Numbered from the stretch's first letter, positions 8,244 to 18,273 are shown. The stretch is 41,455 bases of DNA from a virus (IMGVR_UViG_3300048858_000134:1-41455); one strand, 5' to 3'. Made by a program: numbers and translations. The notes: generated by a model from the sequence alone, not told the origin.

Positions 8244-9352
8244 GACTGCACCTGCACCCTCAACGACATCATCCCGGAACCCGGCAATGTGATCTTCTCG
8301 ATCCGCCCCGTGAACGTCCGCGCGTCAGTCACGATCGTGACCACATCCCACACCTCAAGACGAGGATCCGCGGCGCACTGAATCGTGTACGCCACCGCCG
8401 CCAATGACGACACCTCGGGGAGCAGAGACGACGCGTACGTTCGAGCCTGATCCGCCGTCTTCACATACGGGGAAGACACCAGGTACGGGATACGACCGAA
8501 CGGTCCCCCGTACCTGAGCGGTCCCGATTGCACCTGAGCGGTCGCCAGAATCGTCGCCTGATCAGCGTCGTGCGCCGTCACCACAACCTGGTTGTACACA
8601 CCTTCGTCGGACAGTTCTTCGGCGTCCGCCCGGAAGATGGTCCCCTCAGGTCCCACCTGCAGTGTCGCAACGGGTGCACCCCATGCCTTCGGGGCCAACG
8701 CCAGACCACCCGCAGCATCCATGTAGGGGTACGCGTTCAGCACTGCAGCGAGATCCTGAACGGCCTGCAACCGGTTCTCCCGATACGTCACCGACCGAGG
8801 GATCAGCGCGTCCGGAACCGAACCCGTGTCCGTGACAATCGGGAACCCCGTTAGACGCGCGATCTCCTGACGCACCGAACCCAACGACGCCGGTCCAGTC
8901 GGAGCGGTGAACGTCTCACGATCGGTCACATGCATCAAATCCGCGAGCTTCACAGACACCTGCGAACCCACCGACACCGTCCGACCCTGACGACGAATCG
9001 TCCGATCGTTCGGATCCCCAACACCAACGATCTTCAACCGCCCCCGGAGAACCTTCTCCGAAAACTGGTCACCAACCGCCACCCGATACGACACATCCAG
9101 GAACGACGCGAACGGAGCCAACCACGACGACAATGCCTCAGGAACAATGCTCGCCCCGAGCTCATCCGTGTACGTGATCGTCGCCGACCCCTGCGTCACA
9201 ATGTTCGCCGTAGCATCCGACGTCACCTCACACGGCGACAACGGAATGTCCTCCAACATCACGTCACCATCAACGATCAAATCGGCGACATACCCGGAAC
9301 TGAACGACCCACCAGCCAACGCCTTCTCAAGACCAGACGACACCGAAATCAT
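8240..9352 (-). CDS. Minor tail protein (baseplate hub / Tal-like)
   Basis: Second gene after tape measure; YNQVVV and ADPRLEVWDVV motifs. Confidence 0.75.
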   Translation of the reverse strand: MISVSSGLEKALAGGSFSSGYVADLIVDGDVMLEDIPLSPCEVTSDATANIVTQGSATITYTDELGASIVPEALSSWLAPFASFLDVSYRVAVGDQFSEKVLRGRLKIVGVGDPNDRTIRRQGRTVSVGSQVSVKLADLMHVTDRETFTAPTGPASLGSVRQEIARLTGFPIVTDTGSVPDALIPRSVTYRENRLQAVQDLAAVLNAYPYMDAAGGLALAPKAWGAPVATLQVGPEGTIFRADAEELSDEGVYNQVVVTAHDADQATILATAQVQSGPLRYGGPFGRIPYLVSSPYVKTADQARTYASSLLPEVSSLAAVAYTIQCAADPRLEVWDVVTIVTDARTFTGRIEKITLPGSGMMSLRVQVQS

Positions 9353-10188
9353 GAATCGCCCTTCACTGAGTAGTCACGAGACGCGGTGATGTAATCCGGG
9401 TACGCATCCGCGAACGCCTGATACGTGGCCCAATAGTTTGCGTGATCTTGATAGGTCAAAAGTGGAACCAAAACTGCGGGTGCCGGCGGGGCGACCTCGT
9501 CGCCGTCCATCGCCCACTGCAAAGCCCACGAATCGTAATCACGTGCAGCCTTCACCGGCTCCGACACGAACGCGAACAGGGTTCCGGGGAACCTCGTCTT
9601 CGGGTGCGTGCGAACACACACGATCGACAACGCGTCAGTGTCATACCCGCCGAACAGCGCATCCAAACGGTTGCCGTCCTCGAGCGACTCCGTCACACAA
9701 TCCAGAGTCAAACCCCGAACCCCACCACGAGTCCCCGGGAACGCGATCCCAACAGACCGGCGAGGACCAGACACCACATCGCCCGGCGTGAACCGTGCAA
9801 TCGGATGCCCAGCCCCACCAGACAACGACACCAACACCGCAGTCGACGGGTCCAACGGGTCGTGGAACCACGCCGCCGACGTACCCCACGGCCCCTCAAC
9901 AAACGCCAAAGTCGCCGTCTTCGGAGAATCGAACCCCAACGACAACCCTGCAGCGTCGAAGAACTCCGACCGGTACGTTGACGTCCGCCCCAACGGGGCC
10001 TCATAATCACGCACCGACACAGCACCAGCCGCATTCGACCGCACCAAACCACGCACAGCAAACGAACGCCCCTCAGCCGTCCGCCGCACCGTCAACGTCG
10101 CCGTACCCGCCGGGAACCCCGACACCACAACCTCAACAAACGGAGCCTCAGAACCATCACCAGGGAACGCCTGAACAGTGACCGTCAT
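9349..10188 (-). CDS. Minor tail protein (distal tail-like)
   Basis: Immediately after tape measure; DYEAPLG..TYR motif. Confidence 0.75.
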   Translation of the reverse strand: MTVTVQAFPGDGSEAPFVEVVVSGFPAGTATLTVRRTAEGRSFAVRGLVRSNAAGAVSVRDYEAPLGRTSTYRSEFFDAAGLSLGFDSPKTATLAFVEGPWGTSAAWFHDPLDPSTAVLVSLSGGAGHPIARFTPGDVVSGPRRSVGIAFPGTRGGVRGLTLDCVTESLEDGNRLDALFGGYDTDALSIVCVRTHPKTRFPGTLFAFVSEPVKAARDYDSWALQWAMDGDEVAPPAPAVLVPLLTYQDHANYWATYQAFADAYPDYITASRDYSVKGDS

Positions 10189-12908
10189 CGGTGCCCCCGC
10201 TTCCCACCATTGAGCGCCTGACCGGACCGAACATCAGTCGCAACAATCTGCTCCTGCACGAACCCCGTCATCTGACGGCCATCCACGTTCAAAACCAACC
10301 GGGCACCCTGCAACGACACCAACGGACTCACACTCACCGACGGAGAAGACGCAACCGCCCCACCATCAGCGAACCCACGACCCAACCCAGCACGGAACCT
10401 GTACACAGCCTCCTGACCGCCCATCGCCCGCACATCAGCCGCGGTCAGGACATGCTCACCGTTCGACAAACGCGCGGGAATCAGATCATCGCGAGGTCCA
10501 CCAGGACCGTAGATCGCACCACCATCAGCCTTCGGGATCTGCTTACCGCCACCAGAGGAACCCACGCCGCCGATGTCCACGTTCGCGAGGTTCAACGCCG
10601 CCTGATACGCAAGCCGCAACGACGTCTTCACCGAATCGATGCGCGACTTAGCCGTCTCAGCGCCCGTGACAGAAATGGCTGCCGTCGTGTTCTCCGGTAC
10701 CAAGCCCAACGCATCAGCCAGAGCCGCAGCCTCATCAGCACTCTTACCAGCCGCCTGAGCAAGACGCACAAACTCCGCGCGGCCCGCAGCAAGGATCGGG
10801 TTCGCGCTCTCCGCCGCACCCGACTGCTCCACAGCAGCGGCAGCAGCCTGCAGATACGCCTGCGCGACATCATCCAACGCCGCCTCGTTGGCGCGACCCT
10901 GCTCAGTCGTGATGTCGAACGTGTTCCCGTTCTCCTTCAGAGACTCCGTGAACGAGTCCACCGAAGCCTCAACAGCACGCTGCGCGTCCCGGAGATCGAA
11001 GTTCGCCTCACCAAAGCCACGGATCGTGTCCGCGAGTTTGCTGATCTCCTCACCAGCGCCTTCAGCCTTGCCCTCCAACGCTGCGAGAGCTTCGGCCTGC
11101 TCCTCAGCAGTACCAGCACCGATCTGCTGCTCATTGGATACACCAGACAAGGCGTCAGCGTACGCCGGCATGAGCTCGAGTAGTTGCTCCTGCGAGTAGC
11201 CCTGCTCCTCAGCGGCCGCAGCAAGATCCTCGAACATGTCCTTTGCCCGGTCGCCCTCACCGGACGACACCAACTGCGCGAGAGACTGCCCGACAGCGTC
11301 GAACTGCTCACGAGTGTCCGACACCTGATCGGACAAAGCCCCACCGAAGAAGATCCCGTTGAGCGTCGACCCGAACCGTTCCATACCCGAGTTGATCGAC
11401 GAACCCGACAACAGCTCGAGACCCTGAGCGAACGAGTTGACGTCGCCGCCCAACCCCTCGAACAGGTCCCCGAGGTCGTTCGACAGAAGCGCCGACGTCG
11501 TCTCCTCAAGAGACGCTGCAGCCTTATCACCAGAGTTCGCGATCTTATCGAGGACGACCACGGCCGCACCGAAACCAGCCGCCGCACCCAGGCCCTTAGT
11601 CAGCGCACCAACAGCACGCGCACCCTTCTGAGCAGAAGGCCCCAGACCATCCACCGCCGCCTTGAACTCAGCCACCTTCGGCGTAAACGTGAAGAACGCA
11701 CCCGCACCAATCGACGCCGCAGAAACCACAGCACCAATCGCAAGAGCCGCCTGCTGCGTGCCCGCCGGCATCCCGGCGAAACCCTCAACAACATCAGTGA
11801 GAGCCTGCACAAAGAACCGCAGAGGACCGTTTGCGCCCTCACCCATCTTGATGAGCGCTGTGTCCGTCGCACCACCAAGCGCCTCAATGTCGCCCTTGAG
11901 GTTGTCGAGACGAGCCGCAGCAGTCTCAGCCGCATACCCCTGATCATCGACAGCCTCCGTCCAACCCGCGATGCCCTCCGCGCCCTCCTCATAGAGGACC
12001 GTCGCAGCGCGGACAGCGTCAGAGCCGAAGATCGTCGACAGGGTTGCGTTGCGCTGCTCAGCAGACATCCCACCAAGCGCGTCCTGAAGCTTCCCCGCGT
12101 ACGCCTCCATGCCGATGAACTCACCGGACGCGTCATACGCCGACAAGCCCAGGTCGGCCATAAGGTCGCCAGCCTCTTTGGACTTCGGGTTCAGCGCCTG
12201 CAGCATCGTCTTGAACGACGTGCCCGCATCGGAACCCTGCAAACCGGATGCTGCGAACGCCGACAGCGTCGCTGTGGTCTCCTCGATCGACAGGCCCGTA
12301 GCGTTCGCGACAAGACCGGCCTGGTTCAACGCTGCGGCGAGGTCGGTGACGTCACCCATCGCCTTACCCGCACCAGCAGCTAACAGGTCAGCGACGTGAG
12401 GGATATCCGATCCGGCAAGACCGAACTGGGTCATCGCCGTAGACGCGATCCCCGCAGCAGACGCCACATCCAAGCCACCAGCAGCAGCCAACGACAACGC
12501 ACCCGACAGCCCGCCGCCGAGGATGTCGGCCGTCGAAACGCCGGCCTTACCCATCTCCTCGATCGCGTTCGCGGCCTCAGTTGCCGAGAACACCGTCGAA
12601 GCGCCCGCATCCAACGCCGCTTCCTTGAGCAGCGCCATGTTCGCTTCAGACTCATGAGTTGACGCCTGCACCTGAGACATCGCCTCGTCGAACTCAGCGA
12701 ACTTGCTGACCGCGAGACCAATGCCCGCAGCCATCACCCCACCCATAGCGAACGCCGAAGCACCCAACAGGTCGAAGTCAGCCTTTTTCTGCGCAAGCTT
12801 CTCAGCCTCAGAACCCGTCTCCTGGGTGGCCTTCCGCGCCTCCTCCATGCCCTTCTTGAAGTCCTGCATCTGCAGAGAAAGGGTGACCTTCACGTTGCGT
12901 TCCGCCAC
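10185..12908 (-). CDS. Tape measure protein
   Basis: 907 aa Ala/Gly-rich helical; FSATEAA..GSDAGTSFKTML core; GPGGPRDDLIPARLSNGEHV C-terminal motif. Confidence 0.95.
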   Translation of the reverse strand: MAERNVKVTLSLQMQDFKKGMEEARKATQETGSEAEKLAQKKADFDLLGASAFAMGGVMAAGIGLAVSKFAEFDEAMSQVQASTHESEANMALLKEAALDAGASTVFSATEAANAIEEMGKAGVSTADILGGGLSGALSLAAAGGLDVASAAGIASTAMTQFGLAGSDIPHVADLLAAGAGKAMGDVTDLAAALNQAGLVANATGLSIEETTATLSAFAASGLQGSDAGTSFKTMLQALNPKSKEAGDLMADLGLSAYDASGEFIGMEAYAGKLQDALGGMSAEQRNATLSTIFGSDAVRAATVLYEEGAEGIAGWTEAVDDQGYAAETAAARLDNLKGDIEALGGATDTALIKMGEGANGPLRFFVQALTDVVEGFAGMPAGTQQAALAIGAVVSAASIGAGAFFTFTPKVAEFKAAVDGLGPSAQKGARAVGALTKGLGAAAGFGAAVVVLDKIANSGDKAAASLEETTSALLSNDLGDLFEGLGGDVNSFAQGLELLSGSSINSGMERFGSTLNGIFFGGALSDQVSDTREQFDAVGQSLAQLVSSGEGDRAKDMFEDLAAAAEEQGYSQEQLLELMPAYADALSGVSNEQQIGAGTAEEQAEALAALEGKAEGAGEEISKLADTIRGFGEANFDLRDAQRAVEASVDSFTESLKENGNTFDITTEQGRANEAALDDVAQAYLQAAAAAVEQSGAAESANPILAAGRAEFVRLAQAAGKSADEAAALADALGLVPENTTAAISVTGAETAKSRIDSVKTSLRLAYQAALNLANVDIGGVGSSGGGKQIPKADGGAIYGPGGPRDDLIPARLSNGEHVLTAADVRAMGGQEAVYRFRAGLGRGFADGGAVASSPSVSVSPLVSLQGARLVLNVDGRQMTGFVQEQIVATDVRSGQALNGGKRGHR

Positions 12909-12962
12909 GGGACACTCCTTCGGGGTCTTTTAAACGAGGCCCCCACGGGGTACCCTCAGCGG

Positions 12963-13370
12963 ATGAAGAAGATCGGCCTGACGCTGCTACTCGCGGCACT
13001 CGCCCTCACGGGATGCTCGAGCGCACCCGCAGGGACCGAGGAAACGCCAACGCCAACAGCAGAGGCGAACCCCAACGAGCAGGCATGCGAAGACTTCGCA
13101 GACGCATCCCTCGACGTCGGCAACGCGGTCGTCGCCGGAGACGGCAAAGACTTCGACATCGTCGGGACCTTCGACACCATCGCCCTTGCCGCGGACGGTG
13201 ACGTGAAAGACCGCATCGAAACGCTCATCGACGAACTCCCCGAACCGCCCCACATGATCGTGTGGATGGAAAACCGGGAAGCCTACTCAGAAGACGTGGA
13301 ATCCGTCGTACGCGCGTGCGAATCGGAAGGGTTCACCATTCAGGCTGCGACCCTCACCGCGGGCGAGTAA
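12963..13370 (+). CDS. Lipoprotein (acidic), reverse-oriented moron
   Basis: MKK-hydrophobic-LTGC lipobox; TACCCT 6 nt before ATG. Confidence 0.85.
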   Translation: MKKIGLTLLLAALALTGCSSAPAGTEETPTPTAEANPNEQACEDFADASLDVGNAVVAGDGKDFDIVGTFDTIALAADGDVKDRIETLIDELPEPPHMIVWMENREAYSEDVESVVRACESEGFTIQAATLTAGE

Positions 13371-14135
13371 CACGCCACATCCACGCGGACATATCCGTCT
13401 CGGGGAAGTCCTTCTTGATCTTCTCGCGCGCCCGCTCCACAGCCAGGAGAGCGAAGTCCGTAATCGGCTCCGCAACGAACGCGTACTGGTTCTCCTTCGC
13501 CGTGGCATCAGCCACCAGCACCCCGTAGGCGTTGCGAGGTTCCGCTTCAGCGCGACGGGAAGCGAGCAACGCCGCCACATCATCCGCCGAAAACTCGGGC
13601 TCTCTCGTGGTCACAGAGGCAACCAGACGGTCACCCTCATACTCGTGGAGGGTGACCTCTGCCGGCTCCCACCCGAGGAGCCGGCGCGGTGATACACCGA
13701 GCTCGCGGGCTAGTTCTGCTTCTTCTCGGAAGCGCCCGCCGTAGCTTTTTTTGCGTCGACGATTCGCTTATGCGGGGTGTACTGGTTCAGGCCCCACACT
13801 GCGGTGCCGCAGTTCTTGATCGTCGGACCGTCGAGCACCGAGAACAGGTCCGCCCACGACTCAGCGTCGGTCGGCTCGCCAGCGACACGCACCGCAGCGA
13901 TCGGGTAATCCTTCACGACAGCGTCCGTGTTGAACCCGATATTCGCGTCCTGCTCAGACCCCTTACGCGGAGGATGCGTCGCCGTCAGATCCGACCACGC
14001 GCTCCCCTCGATCGTCACGAACTCGATCGAAACGAGCTCGCCCCCAACGACAGTGTCAATCGCTGCCGTCTCGGGGGACGCCGCTTCGCTACGCGCCTTC
14101 TCAATCAACGCTTTCACGTCGACCATGTTCTCCAC
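13354..14135 (-). CDS. Tail assembly chaperone, long form via programmed -1 frameshift
   Basis: A AAA AAA heptamer at 13746-13752; -1 frame reads DAKKSYGGRFREEAELARELGVSPRRLLGWEP... into ORF ending at 13354. Confidence 0.85.
13710..14135 (-). CDS. Tail assembly chaperone, short form
   Basis: Between major tail and tape measure genes; start may be ATG 14126. Confidence 0.85.
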   Translation of the reverse strand: MENMVDVKALIEKARSEAASPETAAIDTVVGGELVSIEFVTIEGSAWSDLTATHPPRKGSEQDANIGFNTDAVVKDYPIAAVRVAGEPTDAESWADLFSVLDGPTIKNCGTAVWGLNQYTPHKRIVDAKKATAGASEKKQN

Positions 14136-14209
14136 CTATCTCCACCGGAAAGAATGACCGGGACGGGCAGCGCCGGTGGAGGAAAACCACCCGCCCCGGA
14201 ACCTATGAG

Positions 14210-14716
14210 CTACGCCGCAACCTCAACGAATCGCTCGACACGACCCGTGACGTTCAGCTTCTGAACGATCGACAGTTCCGTGTTCGCGGTCGGGGCAACA
14301 CGCCGCTGGATCGACGCCTTCACCGGAACCACGTCAACCTTCTGATCGGCCGCGAACTCGTCCTCGTTCGCGTAGCCGAGACGGTGCACAATGAACCCCT
14401 CAACACCGGGAGTCAGCGTCGTGCGTACAACGTCCTCGGTGTCGTCGTTGGTGTACACGTACTGCACTTCAAGGGTGTCCGTGATCTGACCATCGATCTC
14501 GAGCACCTGTGCGAGCGTGTAGCGCCCGGAAGTGATCGTCGCGATCGTCGAGTCATGACGGAACCCATCCGGCGTCAGCCCATACGTGAGCTTCTTCACG
14601 GTGCCGCCCGTAAGTTCGGCCACAGTCGGGGCCGCAGGGTTCGCGATTGCAGGGACAAAAACTACGAGGCCGTTGCCGTCAGACGCGACACCGGGCTGAA
14701 CATCTTCGAGCGCCAT
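14210..14716 (-). CDS. Major tail protein
   Basis: VPAIANPAAPTVAEL motif, 168 aa, synteny. Confidence 0.85.
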   Translation of the reverse strand: MALEDVQPGVASDGNGLVVFVPAIANPAAPTVAELTGGTVKKLTYGLTPDGFRHDSTIATITSGRYTLAQVLEIDGQITDTLEVQYVYTNDDTEDVVRTTLTPGVEGFIVHRLGYANEDEFAADQKVDVVPVKASIQRRVAPTANTELSIVQKLNVTGRVERFVEVAA

Positions 14717-14907
14717 CAGGCTTCTCCTTCTTCAGTGGTTCCACCGGACTTAGGTGCCACGTACTTCACAGGACGCGGCGATGAAACCGGCTTCCCATCA
14801 ACCACGTGGTACAACTCGGAACGCACCCGGGCCTCAACCTCGGACACGTAAAACTCATGCTTCGGATCACCGCGCTTAGCGGACCGAACACGCACAAAAC
14901 CAGCCAT
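14716..14907 (-). CDS. Small hypothetical protein
   Basis: AAGGAG RBS; TGATG coupling with major tail gene. Confidence 0.7.
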   Translation of the reverse strand: MAGFVRVRSAKRGDPKHEFYVSEVEARVRSELYHVVDGKPVSSPRPVKYVAPKSGGTTEEGEA

Positions 14908-14915
14908 GATGACTG

Positions 14916-14950
14916 CTCCTTAAACGACGAAAGCCCGCACAAAGGCGGGC
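14916..14950 (-). terminator. Hairpin + U-tract fused to RBS
   Basis: GCCCGC-CTTTGT-GCGGGC-TTT-CGTCGTTTAAGGAG. Confidence 0.65.
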
Positions 14951-14979
14951 CATACAAGCGGTTAGACAGGAAAGCTTGG

Positions 14980-15402
14980 TTACGCGGGACGGTTGACCAA
15001 CTCAAAACCCATATCCGCGTAAAACAGGGGCGGCTTCACTGCCGCATCAGCGCGCACATCACCCGACGAATCAAGAGTGATCGGGTCGCATCTGCGGCCC
15101 TCAACGACGAGACGGTGGCCGAGTAGCTGAGCCAACACTTTGTCCGTCAGGCGGGCGCACACAGCCGCTGAAGGGCCAACCGTGCGCACGTCATACACGA
15201 ACGTCCCCGTCGCCTCAAAGTCAGCGACAGCCGTGTACCGGCCCGAACTGATCTCCTCAGGGATAGACGGATACACGATCACATACGGGTCAGTCCGCAA
15301 CCGACCATCACCGTCATACAAAACCGAATCGAACACGATGTCCGCCAACTGCGGGTGCGCCTCGAGTCGGGACTTCAACGCCTCATACGTTTCAGCGATC
15401 AT
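14980..15402 (-). CDS. Tail terminator / completion protein
   Basis: PYVIVYP motif, size, synteny. Confidence 0.7.
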   Translation of the reverse strand: MIAETYEALKSRLEAHPQLADIVFDSVLYDGDGRLRTDPYVIVYPSIPEEISSGRYTAVADFEATGTFVYDVRTVGPSAAVCARLTDKVLAQLLGHRLVVEGRRCDPITLDSSGDVRADAAVKPPLFYADMGFELVNRPA

Positions 15403-15779
15403 AGGAAATCCCCAATCGCCTTCTCGATACCGTCGATCAGATCCTGCTCGTTCTTCCGAGCAGCGTTGCGACCCGCGTGCTGCGGTGCCGACCTCACACC
15501 ACCGCCGGCATCCTCAACGAAACCGAACGAACCCTGATTGCGTCCCAGGTTCGGCCCGATCTCAGCCTCAACACCGTTACGCGACTCTTTGAGTTCGTAG
15601 TCCACAGAGGCCGCATACCCAGCGAGACCAGACCGCTTCGCGTCCCGCGACCAGTCATCCTTCACATGCCGCGCCGTCACCTCGACCGCCTTGCGAACGT
15701 TCGGGGCAACCTCAGACGGCACACGACCCAAATCCGCAGCAAGCTTAAGGAGGTCTGTGAAGTCATAGTCGACACTCAT
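15399..15779 (-). CDS. Neck / tail completion protein (HK97 gp10-like position)
   Basis: Synteny; AEIGP...FGFVED motif. Confidence 0.6.
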   Translation of the reverse strand: MSVDYDFTDLLKLAADLGRVPSEVAPNVRKAVEVTARHVKDDWSRDAKRSGLAGYAASVDYELKESRNGVEAEIGPNLGRNQGSFGFVEDAGGGVRSAPQHAGRNAARKNEQDLIDGIEKAIGDFL

Positions 15780-16171
15780 GTGACTTCCACCACCGAGAAC
15801 CGGTGCGCCGTCGTCTGCCCCGCCTGAGGCATCCCCTCAACACGAAACCGCCGACCAACCACAGACACATCCGACAACGACCCAGTCACAACCGCAAACA
15901 TCCCCGTACCAACCGTGCCCACACTCACCGGCAAATCCATCCGAGCCGACTGCACCGCAACCAACTGCGACCCAACATCAACATCCGACACAACCGACGA
16001 CCGAAACGCCAACCGACCCGGACCGGAATAGCGGTCCACCTCGACATCGACCACATTCAAGTCGTTCTCGGGATCAACCGTCGTACCGGTCACCTCGTAT
16101 ACACGGAACGTCTCCGTCATGCGCGCTTCCGCGGCTACGCGCCCCATAGACACCGCACCCAACACGCTCAT
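15776..16171 (-). CDS. Head-to-tail stopper
   Basis: GRVAAEARMTET..TVDP..YSGPGRL..TAHRF pattern; ATGA overlap. Confidence 0.7.
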   Translation of the reverse strand: MSVLGAVSMGRVAAEARMTETFRVYEVTGTTVDPENDLNVVDVEVDRYSGPGRLAFRSSVVSDVDVGSQLVAVQSARMDLPVSVGTVGTGMFAVVTGSLSDVSVVGRRFRVEGMPQAGQTTAHRFSVVEVT

Positions 16172-16605
16172 GGCAGCGGCACCCACACATCAGTCGACGC
16201 CCAATACCCATTGCCGAAACGAATCCCTGCCGGATGAATAGTGAACGCCCCATCAGACCCAGCACCGCCGGGACCAATCAACGCATCCTCCGCATCTGAC
16301 AGATACAGAAGCCCGGTGCTCACCGCGGAATCGCGACGCCACGAATAGTCGTCGATCTGTTCCTGCAGCTTGCCGTCGGGATTGTTCAGAACCCGAAGCA
16401 CCATCGCGCAAGTGATCTGCACAACCAGAGCCCGCAACCGGATACCCGCCGGAGTTGGATCATCCACAATGTCCGCGACCCACGGTCGAGCCGACGTGAT
16501 GATGATCCACGCATCGTCGAGCATTTTGATGCCGACAGCGAGTTCCTGAGGGGTGAGGGTGCGCAATGACCTAGCTTCCAAATCAGCACCAGTAGCTGGA
16601 TTCAT
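16168..16605 (-). CDS. Head-to-tail adaptor
   Basis: MVLRVLNNPDG..EQIDDYS..GLLYLSDAE motif. Confidence 0.8.
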   Translation of the reverse strand: MNPATGADLEARSLRTLTPQELAVGIKMLDDAWIIITSARPWVADIVDDPTPAGIRLRALVVQITCAMVLRVLNNPDGKLQEQIDDYSWRRDSAVSTGLLYLSDAEDALIGPGGAGSDGAFTIHPAGIRFGNGYWASTDVWVPLP

Positions 16606-16619
16606 TGCGCACCCCTAAC

Positions 16620-16784
16620 TCACTCTGACTCGATCTTCGGCGGACGTCCCCGGCGCTTAGCCGGCTCATCCGAGGGGTGTTCGGTCTCAACGACCGCCCA
16701 ACCCTGACTCACATACCGCTCGAGCAGGTCGTCCGGGACCTCAACGACCGCATCAGAGCTGAGCGGTGAAACCCGAACGCTCAT
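16620..16784 (-). CDS. Small virion-associated protein with KRRGRP motif
   Basis: TGATG coupling to capsid gene; 54 aa. Confidence 0.65.
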   Translation of the reverse strand: MSVRVSPLSSDAVVEVPDDLLERYVSQGWAVVETEHPSDEPAKRRGRPPKIESE

Positions 16785-17683
16785 CAGGCCTGGACCGCGT
16801 TCGACAGGCGCACGAAGTGTGCGATGTCGCGAACCCGGAAGCCGACCTCGAACTCGCAACGAACGGCGAACATATTGCGCTCCCACAGGTTGACCTGCGT
16901 GCCACCATCGGTGATCGACGCCTGCTCGGAAATGCTGAGCTGGATGTTCTCCACGATGCCGACGTGAGCCGACGTCCAGTCGCCCGCGAAACCGAGTTGG
17001 TTGTCGGTGCCTGCAGTAGCACCGTTGTAGTCGGGAAGGTAAACGCCACCCACCGAGTAGACGGGGGAACCGAGCAGAGCCGGAACCGCACCATCGGTGA
17101 CCGCGCTGTTGATGAACAGCGGACGGTTCGTGGAGTCAACAGCGCCGAGGAGAAGCCCACGCGCCTGCGGGGACAGCGCCCAACCGTTGAGGTTTCCGCC
17201 GCCAGCCGCAATCGCCTGGTCCGCAGCGATGAGGCCCTTGTACGTGTTCCCCGCAACACCGACCGTCGCGGCACCGGCGAGGGTGTCGAAGTTCGAACCA
17301 GGCGCGGTGCCCCCGCCGAAAACGGTGGCATCGAGGCGCTTCGCAAGAGCCTGCGGAAGCTTACGCACAACCTCGTTGTACAGAGCAGCCTTGTCGCGCT
17401 TGAACTGGTTCGAGAACGGCACAATGACGGCAGCCGTGTAAGGCGTCATCAGCTTGCTGCCGAACGTGGGACGCGAAACCGGCTTCACAGCCGTCTCAGC
17501 AACCCACTGAGCGGTCGGCTCACCCGTGATGATGTCCACAGAGACACCAGCACCCGGGAGGTTGACCCGGTTCGCGAGCTGAAGAACAGCCGAGGAATAC
17601 TCCGCAGCGCTCCAAATTTCGGCGGACTGCTCAGGGGTCAGCGTGATCCCCGTAGTGGTCCGATTGACATCGATTCCTGCCAT
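16784..17683 (-). CDS. Major capsid protein (HK97 fold)
   Basis: AQWVAETAVKP, LLGSPV, FAGDW, NLWERNMFAVRCE. Confidence 0.92.
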   Translation of the reverse strand: MAGIDVNRTTTGITLTPEQSAEIWSAAEYSSAVLQLANRVNLPGAGVSVDIITGEPTAQWVAETAVKPVSRPTFGSKLMTPYTAAVIVPFSNQFKRDKAALYNEVVRKLPQALAKRLDATVFGGGTAPGSNFDTLAGAATVGVAGNTYKGLIAADQAIAAGGGNLNGWALSPQARGLLLGAVDSTNRPLFINSAVTDGAVPALLGSPVYSVGGVYLPDYNGATAGTDNQLGFAGDWTSAHVGIVENIQLSISEQASITDGGTQVNLWERNMFAVRCEFEVGFRVRDIAHFVRLSNAVQA

Positions 17684-17706
17684 GATGTTCCCCCTTCAGG
17701 GATGTT

Positions 17707-18204
17707 TTAGATGCCGAGCGCGTCGAGCTGCGACGCGAACTGTCCGGCTGTAGTGGTTTTCCCGCCCGTGTCCTTGGCACCCTGCGACGGGTCGGCCTTC
17801 GGGAACGGGTCAGACTTGCCTGAATCGGAGATCAGCGACTTGACCTTCTCCGCTTTCGCGGTCAGCTCCTCCTCGGAACCACCAGACACAAAGTCCTGGT
17901 ACTCCTCGGGGATCTGATGCTTAGCGATGACGGACAGGCGAAGACGTTCCGACTGCGTTTCAGCGAGAGCACGCTCGGCGGCTTCCGCGCGCTCGATCGC
18001 CTTCTGCGTTTCGGACTTCTGAGACTCCGCAAGCTTGTCGAACTCGCTTGCCTTCGTCTTCAAGTCGTTGTAGTCGGCATACTTCGCCTTCTCGCGAGAG
18101 ATCCTGTCCGCGATGATGCGGTTCAGTTCCTCCTGCGATGCGGGGGGCGTGAACCCGCTGTTACCGCCCTGCTCACCTTCGGTGGACTGCTGCTCGTCAG
18201 CCAT
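17707..18204 (-). CDS. Scaffolding protein
   Basis: SQEELNRIIADRISRE..YADYNDLK charged helical protein upstream of capsid. Confidence 0.85.
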   Translation of the reverse strand: MADEQQSTEGEQGGNSGFTPPASQEELNRIIADRISREKAKYADYNDLKTKASEFDKLAESQKSETQKAIERAEAAERALAETQSERLRLSVIAKHQIPEEYQDFVSGGSEEELTAKAEKVKSLISDSGKSDPFPKADPSQGAKDTGGKTTTAGQFASQLDALGI

Positions 18205-18273
18205 TGCTTCGATCTCCTGTTTCCATGCGTTGACCGCCGCATGTAGGCGTAGCCCCGAGAGCGGGGAAGTCTG

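Noticed and set aside
10191-12383. Long plus-strand ORFs (330 and 399 aa) opposite the tape measure gene
   Set aside because: Antisense shadows typical of high-GC coding DNA; Arg-rich with no motifs or RBS
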